64,000 nucleotides of DNA from Heptranchias perlo (Eukaryota), in assembly GCF_035084215.1 (NCBI RefSeq), contig NC_090340.1, positions 3,162,001 through 3,226,000 on the forward strand, given 5' to 3'. The notes beneath the pieces are model-generated. The model did not search any database. It was given only the letters and a program-made list of their open reading frames with translations, and had not been told where the DNA came from. Positions within the stretch are counted from its first letter, which is position 1. Each line of letters opens with the position of its first letter. This document shows, in pieces, positions 12,780 to 26,370 of the stretch. The position numbers and the translations under genes were made by a program.

Positions 12780-13738
12780 TATATATTAATGTCTTGAAAT
12801 TGGAAATAAAGGGCACAATTTCAAAATTTGCGGATGACACAAATCTTGGAAGGGTAATGAACTGTGAGAAGGATAGCGATAGCCTTCAAGAGGATATAGA
12901 CAGGCTGGTGGCATGGGCGGACACGTGGCAGATAAAGTTTAACGCCGAAAAATGCGAGGTGTTGCATTTCGGTAGCAAAAACGAGGAGAGGCAATATAAA
13001 CTGCAGGGCACAACACTAAAAGGGGTGGAGGAACGGAGGGATCTGGGGGAGTATGCGCATACATCGTTGAAGGTGGCAGGGCAGGTTGAGAAAGCGGTTT
13101 AAAAAGCATGCAGAGTTCTGGGCATAATAAATACAGGCATAGAGTACAAAAGCAAGAAAGTCTTGATCAACCCTTATAAAACAATGGAGTACTGTGTCCA
13201 CTTCTGGGCACCACACTTTAGGAAGGATGTGAAGGCCTTAGAGAGGGTGCAGAGGAGATTTAATAGAATAATTCCATGGATGAGGGACTTAAAATACGTG
13301 GATAGACTGGAGAGGCTGCGATTGTTCGCCTCCCAACAGAGAAGTTTGAGCGGAGATTTGATATAGGTGTTCAAAATCATAAAGGGTCTAGACAGAGTGG
13401 ATGGAGAGAAACTGTTCCTATTGGCGGAAGGGTCAAGAACCAGAGGGCATAGATTTAAGGTGATTGGCAAAATAACCAAAGATGACATGAGGAAAAACCT
13501 TTTTACACAACAAGTGGTTAGGATCTGGAATGCACTGCCCGAAGGGGTGGTGGAGGCAGGTTCAATCACGGCCTTCAAAAGGGAAGTGGATAAGTACTTT
13601 AAACGAAATAAAATATGCAGGGCTACGAGGATAGGGCGGGGCAGTGGGACTAGCTGGATTGCGCATGCATAATAACGGGGCCGTCTCGATGGGCTGAATG
13701 GAGCGTTTTCATGCTGTAACCTTCTATCATTCTATGAT
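12780..13738 (+). mobile_element. CR1 LINE 3' fragment
   Basis: ISKFADDTNLG, EYCVHFWAPHFRKD and FTQQVVRIWNALP motifs; ends in a ttctatcattctatga tail. Confidence 0.9.
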
Positions 13739-14164
13739 AAAAACAATATTCTTAAGCAATACGTAATAATACACGGGGCTTGTTCCAGTTTCTCGCCCAA
13801 CTTTGTCAGAAGACTGGCGAAACCCTCTGAGAAATGGTGAGATACAATTATTTGTGTGATGTATAATTGTATAGGCTCAGATACTTTGTGGGTACTGCCA
13901 TTATCCCGTGTACCCTTGGCGGGAGAGTGATGGGAACCCCAGATAAACAGGAGTAGAATTCCTACTGGGTTGCCGATCTTATGCTCGCGGTGGAAACTTC
14001 AGAGCAATGGCGCAATTGAATGTCTACGTTCTTGACCAGTGCAGAAATTTCACCCCGTGGTCAATCCGATAATGAATATGAACATTCCTACCTGGAATTT
14101 TATCAGCGGTTCTCCTGATCTGCCGCCATAAATTATGGGGAAGATCGACTGAAACTCGTGTAAA

Positions 14165-14955
14165 TAGCGCCTTTCATACACAAAAAAAAATGTCCAAAGG
14201 CGCTCCACAGAAGTCTAAACAGTAAGAATCGACATGGAGCAAAAGAAGGCGATAATGAGAGGACTGACCAAAAGCTTGGTCAAAGAGGTGAGAGGGTTAA
14301 AGTAGCAAAGGGTAGTGGAGAAGCGGTTCACTGACGGAATACCAGTGCTTCGGGCCTAAATGTTGCAGGCAGGGCTGCCAATGATGGCGTGAAGGGAACA
14401 GGAATCCACAAGAGGTATAATTTGAGGAAAACAGCGCTCCCGATGGATAGTATGGCTGAAAGATAGGGACGGGCGAGACCACTGTGGGATTTCAACACAA
14501 GGATGAGAATTGAAAATCTGAGGCATGGGCAGACCGAGAGCCAATACAGGTCAGTGAGCAGAGAGGAGGGGGCGTGAGTGGGACTTGTTGCAGGACAGGT
14601 TATGGGCAGCAGGGTTTGGGTTGAGCTCAAATTTAAGGAGGCAGGAGAATTGGAAAATGACCAGGCATGCATTGCAGTGGTAGAGTCTGGAGGTAAAAAG
14701 GGCATGGATCAGGGTTTCAGCAGAACATGGGCTGGAGCAGAGGCTGAGACAGATAATGCTACAGAGGTGGAAGTGGGCAGTCATTGTAACAGAGGATATT
14801 GGGTCGGAATGGCAGTTCGAGGCCAAAAATTGGACCGAAACTACGAACACACTGGTTGAACCTGAGACAGTGACCGGGAAGTTGGCTCGAATTGATGGCG
14901 ACTGTGCAGAGATTGTGGCGGGGGCTGAAGATGATGGTTTGTCGCTTTCCAATAT
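14165..14955 (-). mobile_element. L2 LINE 3' fragment
   Basis: ORF 14551-15051 contains TAHFHLCSI..SAETLIHALFTSRLYHCNA, resembling the L2 ORF2 C-terminus (TAYFHLRNI..AETLIHAFVTSRLDYCNA). Confidence 0.75.
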
Positions 14956-15549
14956 GCTCCAGATGTTACTCCTTTGTCTGCCGTGCACTCTTTTCAGAAC
15001 TAATAAGACCAAGTTCTTGAAATCCAAGTTTCTGTTTAAGCCTGTGTGCATTTTAATCAGATTTTGTAGAGTATTGTATCATATTGTTCCAGTTTCTTTA
15101 TTTAACGTGAGGATGTCAAATCTGCCTGTGATGCAATGAAAACAAAACTGCATCAAGCAGTCCAAAGGAGCAAAGCTTCGACTCTATAGTTTTTAATTAA
15201 ACGAACACTGCATCTAACAAGGAGTGAGTTTACACGATGTTTTAATGGATAGTCAACGATATAAGGTGACTACGTAGAGATATTTTTTTTTCTGATTAGT
15301 TACTAAATACTTAAAACAAATGTAACGTTCTAGGCGAGGGTCAATAGCAATTCTGCATTGAGAATAAGTGTGACTTGCGGCAGTGTGAGAGTGTCATAAT
15401 AGAAATCTGCAAGCTCAATTTCGAAACAGCAATTAAATAAAACAAAATTGGATTTTGGAAGTTTTACCCTAGTAACGTATTATGCTTATATTTGAAATCT
15501 ACGAACGATCTCAATTTGTTCTATAATATAATGAAAAATGTGCCAATAG

Positions 15550-15659
15550 ATTTGCAAGAAACAACAGATGAACAGCTCACTTACGCAACTTTGAATTTTA
15601 CTGACCCCAAGAGGCATTCCAACCTCAAACAGATGAAAGGGAAAGACGTGAACGCGGAG
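15550..15659 (+). CDS. IgSF receptor gene 1, cytoplasmic exon 1 (DLQETTDEQLTYATLNFTDPKRHSNLKQMKGKDVNAE) with ITIM LTYATL
   Basis: AG at 15548-15549 (weak pyrimidine tract); donor gag|GTACTG; phase 1 in matches the TM exon and phase 0 out matches the next exon; ITIM at 15576-15593. Confidence 0.75.
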
Positions 15660-16871
15660 GTACTGATAATTCCGTCTATACATATAACACAATTTTGTAC
15701 ACACATGTAACGTTATTTTCTGTATTTTAGTTGCAATAATTCATGCCTTTGTGAGCCAGTGTAGGTTTGAAGTATTTTTAGTTCGTGCATTGCTTGCAGA
15801 CACATATACTGAAACATAGATTCACTTTTATCTCAGTTGCGCCACCCTGTCACCCACGTAAATTAAGAATACAATTATGACCAATATAATCCTATTTGTT
15901 TTGTGTATTCGCGGGTGAAATTCCTCTTGTGCGAATGCGCAAAACGGGCGTGACGCATGAGCACCCGGTTTTACATTTCGCCCGAGTTTCGATTCGCTTA
16001 ACAATGAAAAAGAAAATGGGCGGAGTGAAAAATGGGATACCGATGAATTATCGCCCGCTTTGCGTTACCGCCCAATATGAATCCCCAGCCCCTCCATCGA
16101 TACGGCGATCTTTCGGGTGCCCCAGCACCGTTTCTACTATCTGTGAGAAATTGAATTCAACAGCGCTTTAGGGAGATGAGGCCAATTGTAAAACAACTGG
16201 TTTCATTTATTTAAAACTTATAAAAAACAATGACTGTACAGAATAACATTTTCACAGCGAGATTTATATTTCACCCGTGGCTTCTCTTAAGATAAAATGA
16301 TCAATTCTGCAAGTTAAGTTTTGCGTGGTGAAACGGGAGTCCCATCTTAAAAGCCAGGCGCTTCTGTCAGCCGAAGGGAGGGTATGGAAAAAACGACAGT
16401 GAGTAAACTGTCCTTGTTTAAGGTACGGTAAGTCTACCGACCCCATTTTGAGGTCATTATTGCATTATTACCACCGATTTCGGTTAGTTATAATTGGCCT
16501 CAAAGATGCAAAACCAATCGAAGCTGTGCACACACCACACTACTCTGTGTCGAGAGCAGGTTGATCACAACGACAATAAAAATTGTCCCCTCCAAGGAGA
16601 AACCGTCAATGCCCATGACATCGACATTGTCAGTTCACCAAAGCACATGTTGGGCTCAATGGGGTATATATTGACTTTGCGCGATAGTGTAAAGTGGGTG
16701 ACAGTGAAGCCGCAGTCCGACAGCTCTCCCAATTCTAATTTCCATTGACCGCCAGTTGGTATTAACACGTTGAATTTGCCTGTCCCTATGCAAGGTTATT
16801 CTAGGTTGTTTGACGTGGCATTCTTCTGACTTGGGAATACACATATTTACACTTTCTGAATAACATTACAG

Positions 16872-17036
16872 GTTCCGCAAATGGTAGCTGAAGGACTGAA
16901 CTACTGTGCTGTAAATGTCGTCGGTCAGAAGGCACGACCCAAACCGAAACGGCAGGAGGAGGCCATCGTGTATGGGCAGGTGCAGCTTAACAATCCAAAG
17001 AGGGTGCTCAGGACGCACAGTCATCGAAAAAAATAA
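16872..17036 (+). CDS. IgSF receptor gene 1, terminal coding exon (VPQMVAEGLNYCAVNVVGQKARPKPKRQEEAIVYGQVQLNNPKRVLRTHSHRKK*) with ITIM-type motifs LNYCAV and IVYGQV
   Basis: ttacAG acceptor, phase 0, 54 open codons to TAA 17034-17036; too short to appear in the ORF track. Confidence 0.8.
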   Translation, partial: VPQMVAEGLNYCAVNVVGQKARPKPKRQEEAIVYGQVQLNNPKRVLRTHSHRKK

Positions 17037-17320
17037 AAGCCACAATGGAATCCTCTGCTGATCGAGTCGCAAATCATTGAGGGCTTCAATCTGGGGAAAT
17101 GAAAAATTATTAATTTATTGCATTTTCCTGTATCAGTGTTTCACAAAATAATACTCGCTGTAGAAGGGAGTTGAAATGCGCCAGTCTATTTTTACTTGTT
17201 GATGCAACACGTCCACACCCGCTTCTCTGCTGTGGGTTCTGGAATTAAAAGTTCTAACGTTCCATTCTGAAATATTAGCACACGTTATTTGTATATTTTA
17301 ATTTGTAACAACGTTTTCCG

Positions 17321-17326
17321 AATAAA
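17321..17326 (+). terminator. Candidate polyadenylation signal of gene 1
   Basis: AATAAA about 285 nt after the stop, with GT-rich sequence downstream (ttcagtgttttc); a second AATAAA overlaps the stop codon (17032-17037). Confidence 0.4.
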
Positions 17327-18244
17327 CATAAGGAAGGGGATACCATGGTTCAGTGTTTTCGGTGAGTTCGTTGACAATCTTTACACTTGTTATCAAGAAT
17401 TGACTTTTTGTCTACAGTTGTGCGAAAAGTATTCTTTTTTGTCTTGTTACTGAATTGCTCGAATAGAAATCAGGAAATTCAAAGGCTTTAGTGAATCTAA
17501 CTTGTTTTCATTTGGAAATGGAAGCAGATCTATTTAGTCCAGAAATTGTCATTCTCGGCAAACGTCATTGAATTACGCGCTCCATCTGCAGTTAATTAAC
17601 GAGCAGAGTAGTTTCCTGTGCAGCTAGGATCAGGTCGATGGTTTCATTTGTTCAATTTGTCTCTCCCGTCAAGTGTAAGCATTTCATTGCAATCCCACAT
17701 TTGGTGCTTAAAGCAGTTTTGCTTTATTTTCAGCATCATTCATTATAATTTCCATTATGTAGCCTTGTGTGCATATATTTCCATTTCCTGACTATTGTTG
17801 GATCCACACTTCCACACAATATTGGGTCAGTGATATCTGCATTCATCCATATATCGTTCAATCACAGCGCGACCGAGAAATTCGACTATATTTCTTTACC
17901 AGTTACTGAAAATATCAATATTACTTATGGTGGGAATGTACTCCATGGGAAAGGAAAAATAAATGGAGTAGATATTTTCCTTTATCTAAGTATCGCCCAG
18001 GAAGAGCAGCAGAGGGGAAAATACGGTGGGGTGCGTCACACCCTTTATATATAATTTGGTCTAACTCCTTTTGCATTACCACCCAAAATCAATGTCACAA
18101 ATTCGCTGGCCTCGATTATAACTTATGGCAGGATCAGAGCCTGCAGAGTTCGGGCCTGTTCCCAGTAGCTATGAATGCCTGGCCCGTTTGGGGAAGTGGG
18201 AATTCGTGTGGCAGGACGGCGCCTGCGTGGACCGCAGCGATGCA

Positions 18245-18906
18245 CCCGGGCAGTCATTACAAAACGCTGCACAACAAAATGTTTCCTCATGTGGCCTCTG
18301 GATTTTTTCCAATCACCTTAAATATGTGCCCTCTGGTTGCCGACCCTTCTGCTACTGGAAACTGTTTCTCCGTATTTATTCCGTCAAAACCGTTCATGAT
18401 TTTGAACAGCTGTATCAAACCAGCCCTCAACGTTCCCTGCTCGAAAAAGAAGTACCCCATCTTCCCCAGTCTCTCTACACAACTGAAGTCCCTCATCCCT
18501 GGTATCCTTCCAGTAAACCTCTTCTGCACACTCTCGAAGGCCTTGACATCCTTCCTGAAGTATGGTGCTCAGAATTGAACGCAATACTCCAGCTAAGGCC
18601 TAACCAGTGTTTTATGAATGTTTAGAATAAATTCATTGTTTTTGTACTCCATGCTTCTATTAATAAAGCTGAGGATCCCACATGCTTTTTGACAGCCTAC
18701 TTAACGTGTCCTGCCACCTTCAAACATTTGTGTATGTGCACCCCCAGGTCTCTCTGTTCCTGCACCACTTTAAAATTGTACCTTTTAGATTATATTGAAT
18801 CTCCTCATTCTTTCTACTAAAATGTATCAATTTGCACTTCTCTGCGTTAAATTTCATTTGGAATGTGTCTGCCATTTTCTTCAGTCTGTCTATATCCTCC
18901 TGAAGT
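18245..18906 (-). mobile_element. CR1 LINE 3' fragment
   Basis: ORFs 18287-18529 and 18720-18935 (LQEDIDRL..QMKFNAEKCK). Confidence 0.85.
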
Positions 18907-18911
18907 TGTAT

Positions 18912-20155
18912 TGTAATTCGTTGGGTAAATTTCATATTTAACTTATGTGAGGTTCAAAACCCGTTTAACAAAAGACATTTGAAGGAGAGGGTTAACTGTA
19001 CCCCTTTTAAAATAAGACTTTTGAAAACCTGCAAACACAGCAATGTGGTAAGCTGTGTTCTCGCAAATTCTGTTTTTCTCCTATCGACGCTGATGGCATT
19101 GGAGAAGTCTGAGCTTCGGGATCGAAGACATTGTACTGCGGATAGATATGTAGATTATTAAATAAATAAGCGAGATGGATCATCTGGAACTTAAAGCATT
19201 GTCAGGCTTTCAAAACGCATAGGCTTTTGGAAACACAAGCTTTTCAACACAGCAGAGGGCAACGTAAGAAAAAGCGTACGTCAAAGACTTCCGATCGGGA
19301 AAGCAATGATAGGTGTGAGAAAAAGCATGGGCCTTTCATTCCTATTGGGTAATCTGTTCAAAGAACTGGGATTTGTAAAAAAATAAATAGTACTCCATCC
19401 AGCATATGTTTAAATGGAATAAATAATGGATTTGGAGCAATTGAAGCCATCAAAACAGGAGACATCATGACCATTAAGGATATCTGGACATAGAAATGCA
19501 AGGGGCTATCTCTGCAAGAAAGACAATAAACAGAGATAGTAAAGGGGCCTTTTATAATCTATAGCTCGAACGCATGGTCTTTTCTGCATAAAAAAAGAGT
19601 CTCTGGTCACATGATCAAAGCTTAAACTATCAATCATTGAGGTGTGTTAATGATTGGAGCATAGCAACAGGGAGCAATTGGACAAAAAAGAATAACCCTC
19701 CACAATCCTTCGTCCCATTGGTAAAAAAAAGTCAAAAGAAGACTTTGAGAGAAGAAGAGACTCTTCACCACCCGGCAGTCACAAGGAATGCAGACTGCAG
19801 CGGAACATCATGCAAGAAGAAGAGGATCTCGAGGACTGAAGAGCTGATCAACCGTCAGGCCTGATGAGCAAAATCCTTGGTTGAAAAGTTGCATATGTAT
19901 TCGTGATTTGTCTGATGTTATTATGAATTGACAATTCATTACTTGATAACATTGCGAATTATTAAGTGTATAGCGGGATTTTATAAAGGAAAGTCATATA
20001 TATGGTTTGATTTTGCTTCATGAATGTTTGTATGAATGATAACATCATTAAATAATTACTTCTGATTAACGAAACTGCTGTGACTTAGAGTGGTTTTCTT
20101 TGCTTGACCATTCGTCCAGTGTCCAAAGATCACTCGAAATAAGGTTCTCCCTACA
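18912..20155. mobile_element. Possible solo LTR (about 1.24 kb)
   Basis: Bounded by TGTA...TACA; the 5' end abuts a CR1 and the 3' end coincides with the start of homology to the 32917-37430 duplicate. No TSD seen. Confidence 0.3.
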
Positions 20156-20826
20156 AATACTCAGAGTCAACTATTAATAGTCGTTTTCAGAAGTGACACA
20201 ATCGGAAGTGAAGGATACTTCAGCAGCCAGGCTGGGTACAGGCGTCGGCCGGTCACAACCCCCTTAATAGCTGTGATCTGCCTTTAATTGGCGACAGTGA
20301 AGCCCGAGCTCACGATCATCCCCCAAATAGGCGTGAAGCCAATGAATAGAGCAGGTAGCGCTGACTGCACGCTTGATTGAATTATAATCAGATGTGATCA
20401 CCAATTTCACCTGGTCCCTGGGACATTGGAAAAAGGCATGTGCAGCGCTAGCCCAGCTCTCTGCGCGCCAGTTTTAGGAGCCGATCGAATTTCCGAGCCT
20501 CTACCTGTCAAGAGTTTGAAGTTCCATTGGCCGCAGACGACTACAGCCCTCGATTTCTAGAACCATTTTTTCCACTTCTGTTTTGATGGGCTTGTCCCCA
20601 GTAAACCCTTGGCATGAACATTTCCTTTCCTCCGTCAAGTGAAAGAGGCCCAGACTTGAGCGTACCTAAGACATAACTGCTTAAAGCCATCCATCACCAA
20701 TTCTGCCACGTGGCACGTTAACCTCTTCTTTGTCAAAGCATAAAACTAGGAACATTCCCAAGGTCAAAGGTAATTGCCAGCTTGTTTTTTTTAATACTAC
20801 CAGTAATTTCTTGCAAGCCATGAACG

Positions 20827-20975
20827 CAGCAATGTGGTTGATTGTTAATTGCCCTCTGAAATGGTCCAGCAAGCCACTCAGTTGTACAATCCAGCTCACC
20901 ACACGGACTGCAGTGGTTCAAGAAGACAACTCAATACCACCTTCTCAAGAGCAATTAGGGATGGGCAATAAATGA
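20827..20975 (+). mobile_element. 5'-truncated copy of the bipartite tRNA-headed SINE
   Basis: Same junction gcaagccactcagttgtacaatcc-gctcaccacacggactgcag as 21555-22017. Confidence 0.75.
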
Positions 20976-21554
20976 AATCAGTGCTAGCACACTCGAATCA
21001 GTCAGAAAGTTTTGGTTGAAATCGAACTCATCGAACTGAGCAGATAATCAGAGTGACACGTCCGTGCCTTGATGAGGGAGTGCCGCACTGTCGGGAGCGA
21101 AATCATTTGGATGAGACATTAAATTGTAGGCCCTCTTGCCAATTCAGATCTCATAGCACGACTCTCTAAGGACACTGGTAGCGAGGTGCACTGGTGATCG
21201 ATACTGCTCATGCTCTTCCTGCACCTCATCCTGCTCTTCCTCCACCCGCTCCTCCTTGTCGGCCATCTCTGCAGCGGTGTTCGGGTTTCTGATAGGACGC
21301 ATGAGTTATGCTTGAAGTGGATAGACCTTGTTGCCCATTAGCCAGCCTGTGAACTGACGGTCGGATTGGAAAAAAAGTATTGATGCAGATTGAAGTAATC
21401 ATGATTACTGCCTGGAAAACGGGCATTGACCTGCATGATGTATTGCCTGTGGTCGAAAATAAGCTCGATATTGAGGGAGTAGAATCCCTTTCTATTCACA
21501 AACATGTCAGGATGGTGATGGGGAGCATGCCAGGAAATGTCCGTAGTTCATATT

Positions 21555-22017
21555 GTTCCATTCATTCGTGGGATGTGGGCGTCGCTGGCAAGGCCTGCAT
21601 TTATTGCCCATCCCTAATTGCCCTTGAGAACGTGGTGGTGAGCTGTCTTCTTGAACCACTGCAGTCCGTGTGGTGAGCAGGATTGTACAACTGAGTGGCT
21701 TGCTGTGCCAGTTCAGTGGGTAGTTAAGAACCAACCACTTTGCTGTGGGTCTCGAGTCACATATAGGCCAGACCAGGCAAGGACCGCAGGTTTCCTTCCC
21801 TAAAGGACATTAGTGAACCAGGTGTGCTTTTACGACAATCTGGTAGTTTCAACGTCACTATTACAGATACTCGCTTTTTATTCCAAATAACTTATTTAAT
21901 TAACTGAATTTAAATTCCCCAGCTGTCGTGGCGGAGATCTGACATTACGTCTCCGGAATATTAGTCCCAGTCTCTGGATTACTAGTCCTGTAATATAACC
22001 ACTACACTTTCGTACCC
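21555..22017 (-). mobile_element. tRNA-headed bipartite SINE (LINE 5' segment joined to LINE 3' tail)
   Basis: Head gggtacg..tagtggttat matches 50727 onward; body matches 50727-51085; tail matches 54133-54245. Confidence 0.82.
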
Positions 22018-22124
22018 ATGATGGCACCTTGCACCATGGAGAAGACTGCGATGTGGGTAAAGCGTGTTGCTCTCCCATCCTGCTTTGCTCTATCCATGAG
22101 GCAACAGGTCAAAGAGTTCCTCCT

Positions 22125-22868
22125 TGCGTAGAGAGTCTAACTACCTCTCCTTCACATTCAATGCCAATACCATCACCGAATCTACTACCATCGACATCTT
22201 GGGAGTCACCATTGAACAGAAACTTAACTGCACCAACCACATAAATAGTATAACTGCAAGAGCAGGTCAGAGGCTGGGTATTCTGCGGCGAGTGACTCAC
22301 CTCCTGACTCCCAAAAGCCTTTCCACAATCTACGAGTCAGAAGTCAGGAGTTTGATGGAATACTCTCCACTTGCATGGATGAGTGCAGCTCCAACTACAC
22401 TCAAGAAGCTCCACACCATCCAGGGCAAAGCAGCCCGCTTGATTGGCACCCCATCCACCAATCTAAACATTCACTCCCTTCACCACCGGCGCACCCTTGT
22501 TGCAATGTATACCATCCACGGGATGCACTGCATCAACTCGCCAAGGTTTCTTCGACAGCACCTCCCAAACCCGCTACTTCTAACATCTAGAAGGAAAAGG
22601 GCAGCAGGCACATGGGAATAACACCACCTGCATTTTCCCCTACAAGACACACACCATCCCTACTTGGAAATTTGTCGCCGTTCCTTTATCATCGCTGGAC
22701 CAAAATCCTGGAACTCCCTACCTAACAGCACTGTGGGAGAAGCTTCACCACACGGACTTCAGCGGTTCAAGAAGGCGGCTCACTACCACCTTCTCAAGGG
22801 CAATTAGGAATGGGCAATAAATGTTGGCATTGCCAGCAGTGCCCGCATCCCATGAATGAATAAAAAAG
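22125..22868 (+). mobile_element. 3' fragment of the CR1-clade APE-RT LINE family seen at 50727-54257
   Basis: ORF 22124-22621 AGQRLGILRRVTHLLTPKSLSTIY..MEYSPLAWMSAAPTTLKKL; ends gaatgaataaaaaa. Confidence 0.88.
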
Positions 22869-24249
22869 GAGAGCCTTGATCACCTCACAGTTACAACTTT
22901 GGACTGCAAACTAAAATACACCACTCATGGCACCTGCTGCAGGCTGGAAAGATCCTGTTGCGATAAAATGAATTGCCATGGTGTCGTGACAGCGAGAGGT
23001 AGTGCAGTCTATGCCCTGGATCTAGACTCTAGTTGTGGTTGCAGAAGGGAAAGTAGCTCGGTGATAGCCTCCTTTCACAACACAAAGTTCCTGAGAATTT
23101 GCTCCTCAGCGAACTTCAGTTCGGATAATTGCTTCCTGAAATCCCCGCTATGGATATGGTGTCCTGTGCAGTGCCCTCTTATTCGTTCTACTCCTTACTG
23201 TTCCTGCTCTCTCCTGTATTCTTGACGGGTCCTTCCCTCCTCCAGTGCTGAACACAGTCCTAACAGACCACCGGTGACTGCAGTAAACTGTTCTGAAGAT
23301 ATGCAAAACGGTCCAGCACCACTAAACACTTCTATTCAATTCAGAAATTAGTTCTGGAAGTCAGAAAAAAAAAGAGACAAGAAAGGCCTATAAGTTTGAT
23401 TCTTCGTCGAACAGGAAAAAAAGACCACTAATCGTATGTATTCGAAGAGCTGTTTAAAGAGGTTTGCTGAAAGGCTCCTATGTTGGCGCTCCGAGTTGCT
23501 TAGCGAGTTCATCACGTGTCGAGTCAGGCGTGGGAAACCCCAGCTTCGGAAAGGTGTCCAAAAACTGGCACATGAACATCATTTAAAGCTTTTAATCAGA
23601 GTTTATATACATGCGTTGCACGACCTTGATTCTTAAGGAAAATCCGATCTAATATGGCTCACGTCCAGTGTGGAATGAGTCCGCGCTCCGACTCTCAAAT
23701 TGAATGTTTAGGGCAAGTAGTGTAAAAGTGCAGTTGCAGCCAATTGTCAGGGATGGACGCAGAAGGCATCGGTTGGAAGGGGATAGCTGGATGAAGGTGA
23801 TTGGGCGAAGGTGCCTAGATACACATAAGACTCCAACATAAATATGAAATATTTTATATCCATCCGAATCCGGAATGCATTCCAGGCCAATCAAAGGCGA
23901 AAGTGAATATTTATGCATCTAACCGCAAAGACTTGAGAGAGAGGAGCAGTGAACCGCAAAACCGTGGGAATTTGTGGTAAAATGAACTGAAAGTGAGTGC
24001 TGGAGCATGTTATAGACTGTGGTAAAATCACTCACAACATTCACTGCTGGCAAAAACAGAGTTAAGCTTTACTGCTGAGTTTGTACACAAGCTTATGCTG
24101 TCCTGTATTTTTCCTGATTTATAAATTTCTATCAAGCAATCTAGTTGTCCAATTCAGTATCTGAGCCCATCAATATTGTGGCCTGCTGTGTTATCACCTG
24201 CCAGAGTGGTTTGGAGAGAACAATAAGCACAAGAGGCAACAGCGACTCA

Positions 24250-26370
24250 AGGGAAGGTAAACTGGAAAAATCTTTTGACAATGAGTTGGAACAGCAGTGG
24301 GAAATATTTGAAACGGTGATCAATAGAGTTGAGAAGAAACATACTGCTCTATAAATGAAAACGCATCTAGCAAATAATGAAATACCATGGAGGAATAAAA
24401 AGACAAAGGTAAGATTGAGAACAATGAAAAAGACATTCACGAAGTGCATAGACAACAAATGAGAAAAGAACAAAAGAGAATACGAAGAGAATGGGAATGA
24501 AGTCAACGAATCATTGAGAAAGCAAAGAGGAACTGCGAAACTAAATCATCATTGAATATAAAAAGAAATAGTAAAGTATTCTACAGATACAAAATAACAA
24601 AAGAAAAATCAGGATTGGAATAGGGCCAGTAAGGGATGCAGAAAATAAACTCACAGGGAATGACAGCGAAATTGCAGAAATATTGAATAGTTACTTCGCT
24701 TCAGTTTTGAACAGGGAGACTAACATGGTGGGCATCACATTAGAAGAAGAGATCAAAATATACAAAGACATTTAAGATAGAAAGGGGGGAGATAATTGAT
24801 AAGCTAATCAAATATAGAGAGGAGAAAACCCCTGGCCCGGATGGATTGCATCCGTGCATATTAAAATAAGTTAGGCAAAATAAAGCTGAGGCACTATTAC
24901 ATATATGTAAAAAATCAATAAAAAATTGATTAGTGCCAGAGTACTGGCGGACAGCTAATGTTATTCCCATATTGAAAGGACGATAGGAAAAGTCCATGTA
25001 ACTACAGATCAGTTAGCTGAACGTCTGTTGAACGGGGAAGATAATGGATTTTTTTCTCAAAGATGCAACAGATAATCAGCTAGAAAATGAAAATATAATA
25101 AAGAATAGTCGGCACGGATTTCAAAAGGGAACGTCATGCTTGACTAACCTTATTCAATTCTTTGAAGAAGTAACAGAAAGTGTACACAGGGCAATGCATG
25201 GGTGGAATATATTTGGATTTTCAAAACGGCTTCGATAAGTTACCACTTTGTAGATTTATGACAGAGCATTAGGAGTCAGGGGACAGGTAGCAGAATGGAT
25301 TGCAAGCTGGCTGCAAAACAGAAAACAAAGAGTGTAGCTACTCAGACTGGCAAAAGGTGGGAAGTGGTGCTCCACAGGGATCTTTGCTGGGACTATTGAT
25401 GTTTTCAATTTACAATAATGAATTGGACTCGGGATTCGGATTACAATTTCAAAATTTGGGGATGGCACCAAATTGAAGGGTGTAGCTAATACAAAGGGAG
25501 AATGCGTCATTAAACATTCATAAATTTGCAGAATGGATATGTAATTGCCAAATGAATTTCAATATAGATGAGTGTGAAATGGTACAATTTGCTGGGAAAT
25601 ATAAGGAGGCCACATAATGCTTGTATAATAAGAGTCTGAATGGGGTAAAGGGGAAAAGGGATGTCAGGGTACGGATGCATAAATCACTAAATGAAACAAC
25701 GCAGGTTAATAAGGCCAGGAAAAGGTAAACGAAGCACTGGCGTCCATTCCCAGTTGGATAGAATTGAAAAGCAGAGACATTATATTAAACTTGAATAAAA
25801 CCTTGGTTAGATCACACTTGGAGTACTGTGCTCAGTTCTGGTCTCCACATTATAACAAGGATATAGAGGCACTGGAGAAGGTGCAAAAAAGATTCACTTG
25901 GATGATACCAGAAATGGGATGATTATACTTATGAGGACGGGTTCACCAGGCTGGGGCTCTTTTCTTTAGAAAAGCGAAGGCTTAGGGGTGACATGATGGA
26001 TGCCTTCAAGATAAGGAAACGGTTTGAGAGATTAGACGTAGAGCAAGTGTTTTCCGTGTGGGGGAGTCCAAAACGAGGGATCATACATATAAGATATTAA
26101 CTAATAAATCCAAGAGGGAATTCAGGAGAAACTTCATTACCCAAAGAGCAGTAAGAATGTGGAACGTGCTCCTACAAGGAATGGTTGAGGCAAGAAACAT
26201 AGATGCCGTTAATGCAAAGTCATATAAGCACACGATGGAGAAAGGACTAGAAGATGTGTTGATAGAATTAGGTGAAGTAAGGAAGGAGGAGACTCGTGTG
26301 GAGCATAAATGGTGGCATGGACAAGTTGGGCCGAATGACCTGTTTCTGTGCTGTCGGCTCGATGAAACTC
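24250..26370 (+). mobile_element. Decayed CR1 LINE (ORF2 RT to 3' end)
   Basis: HGFQKGTSCLTNLIQFFEEVT (25044-25238) and FRRNFITQRAVRMWN (26058-26387). Confidence 0.88.

Larger units (their letters stand above)
21180..23170 (-). mobile_element. PIF/Harbinger (HARBI1-like) transposase pseudogene remnants, interrupted by SINE and LINE insertions
   Basis: Minus-strand translation near 21380-21506 reads MFVNRKGFYSLNIELIFDHRQYIMQVNARFPGSNHD (Harbinger DDE core); the N-terminal part continues at 22870-23170. Confidence 0.75.

Noticed and set aside
19858-19895. Second hammerhead-like motif (CTGATGA...GAAA)
   Set aside because: No convincing helix II or helix I pairing.
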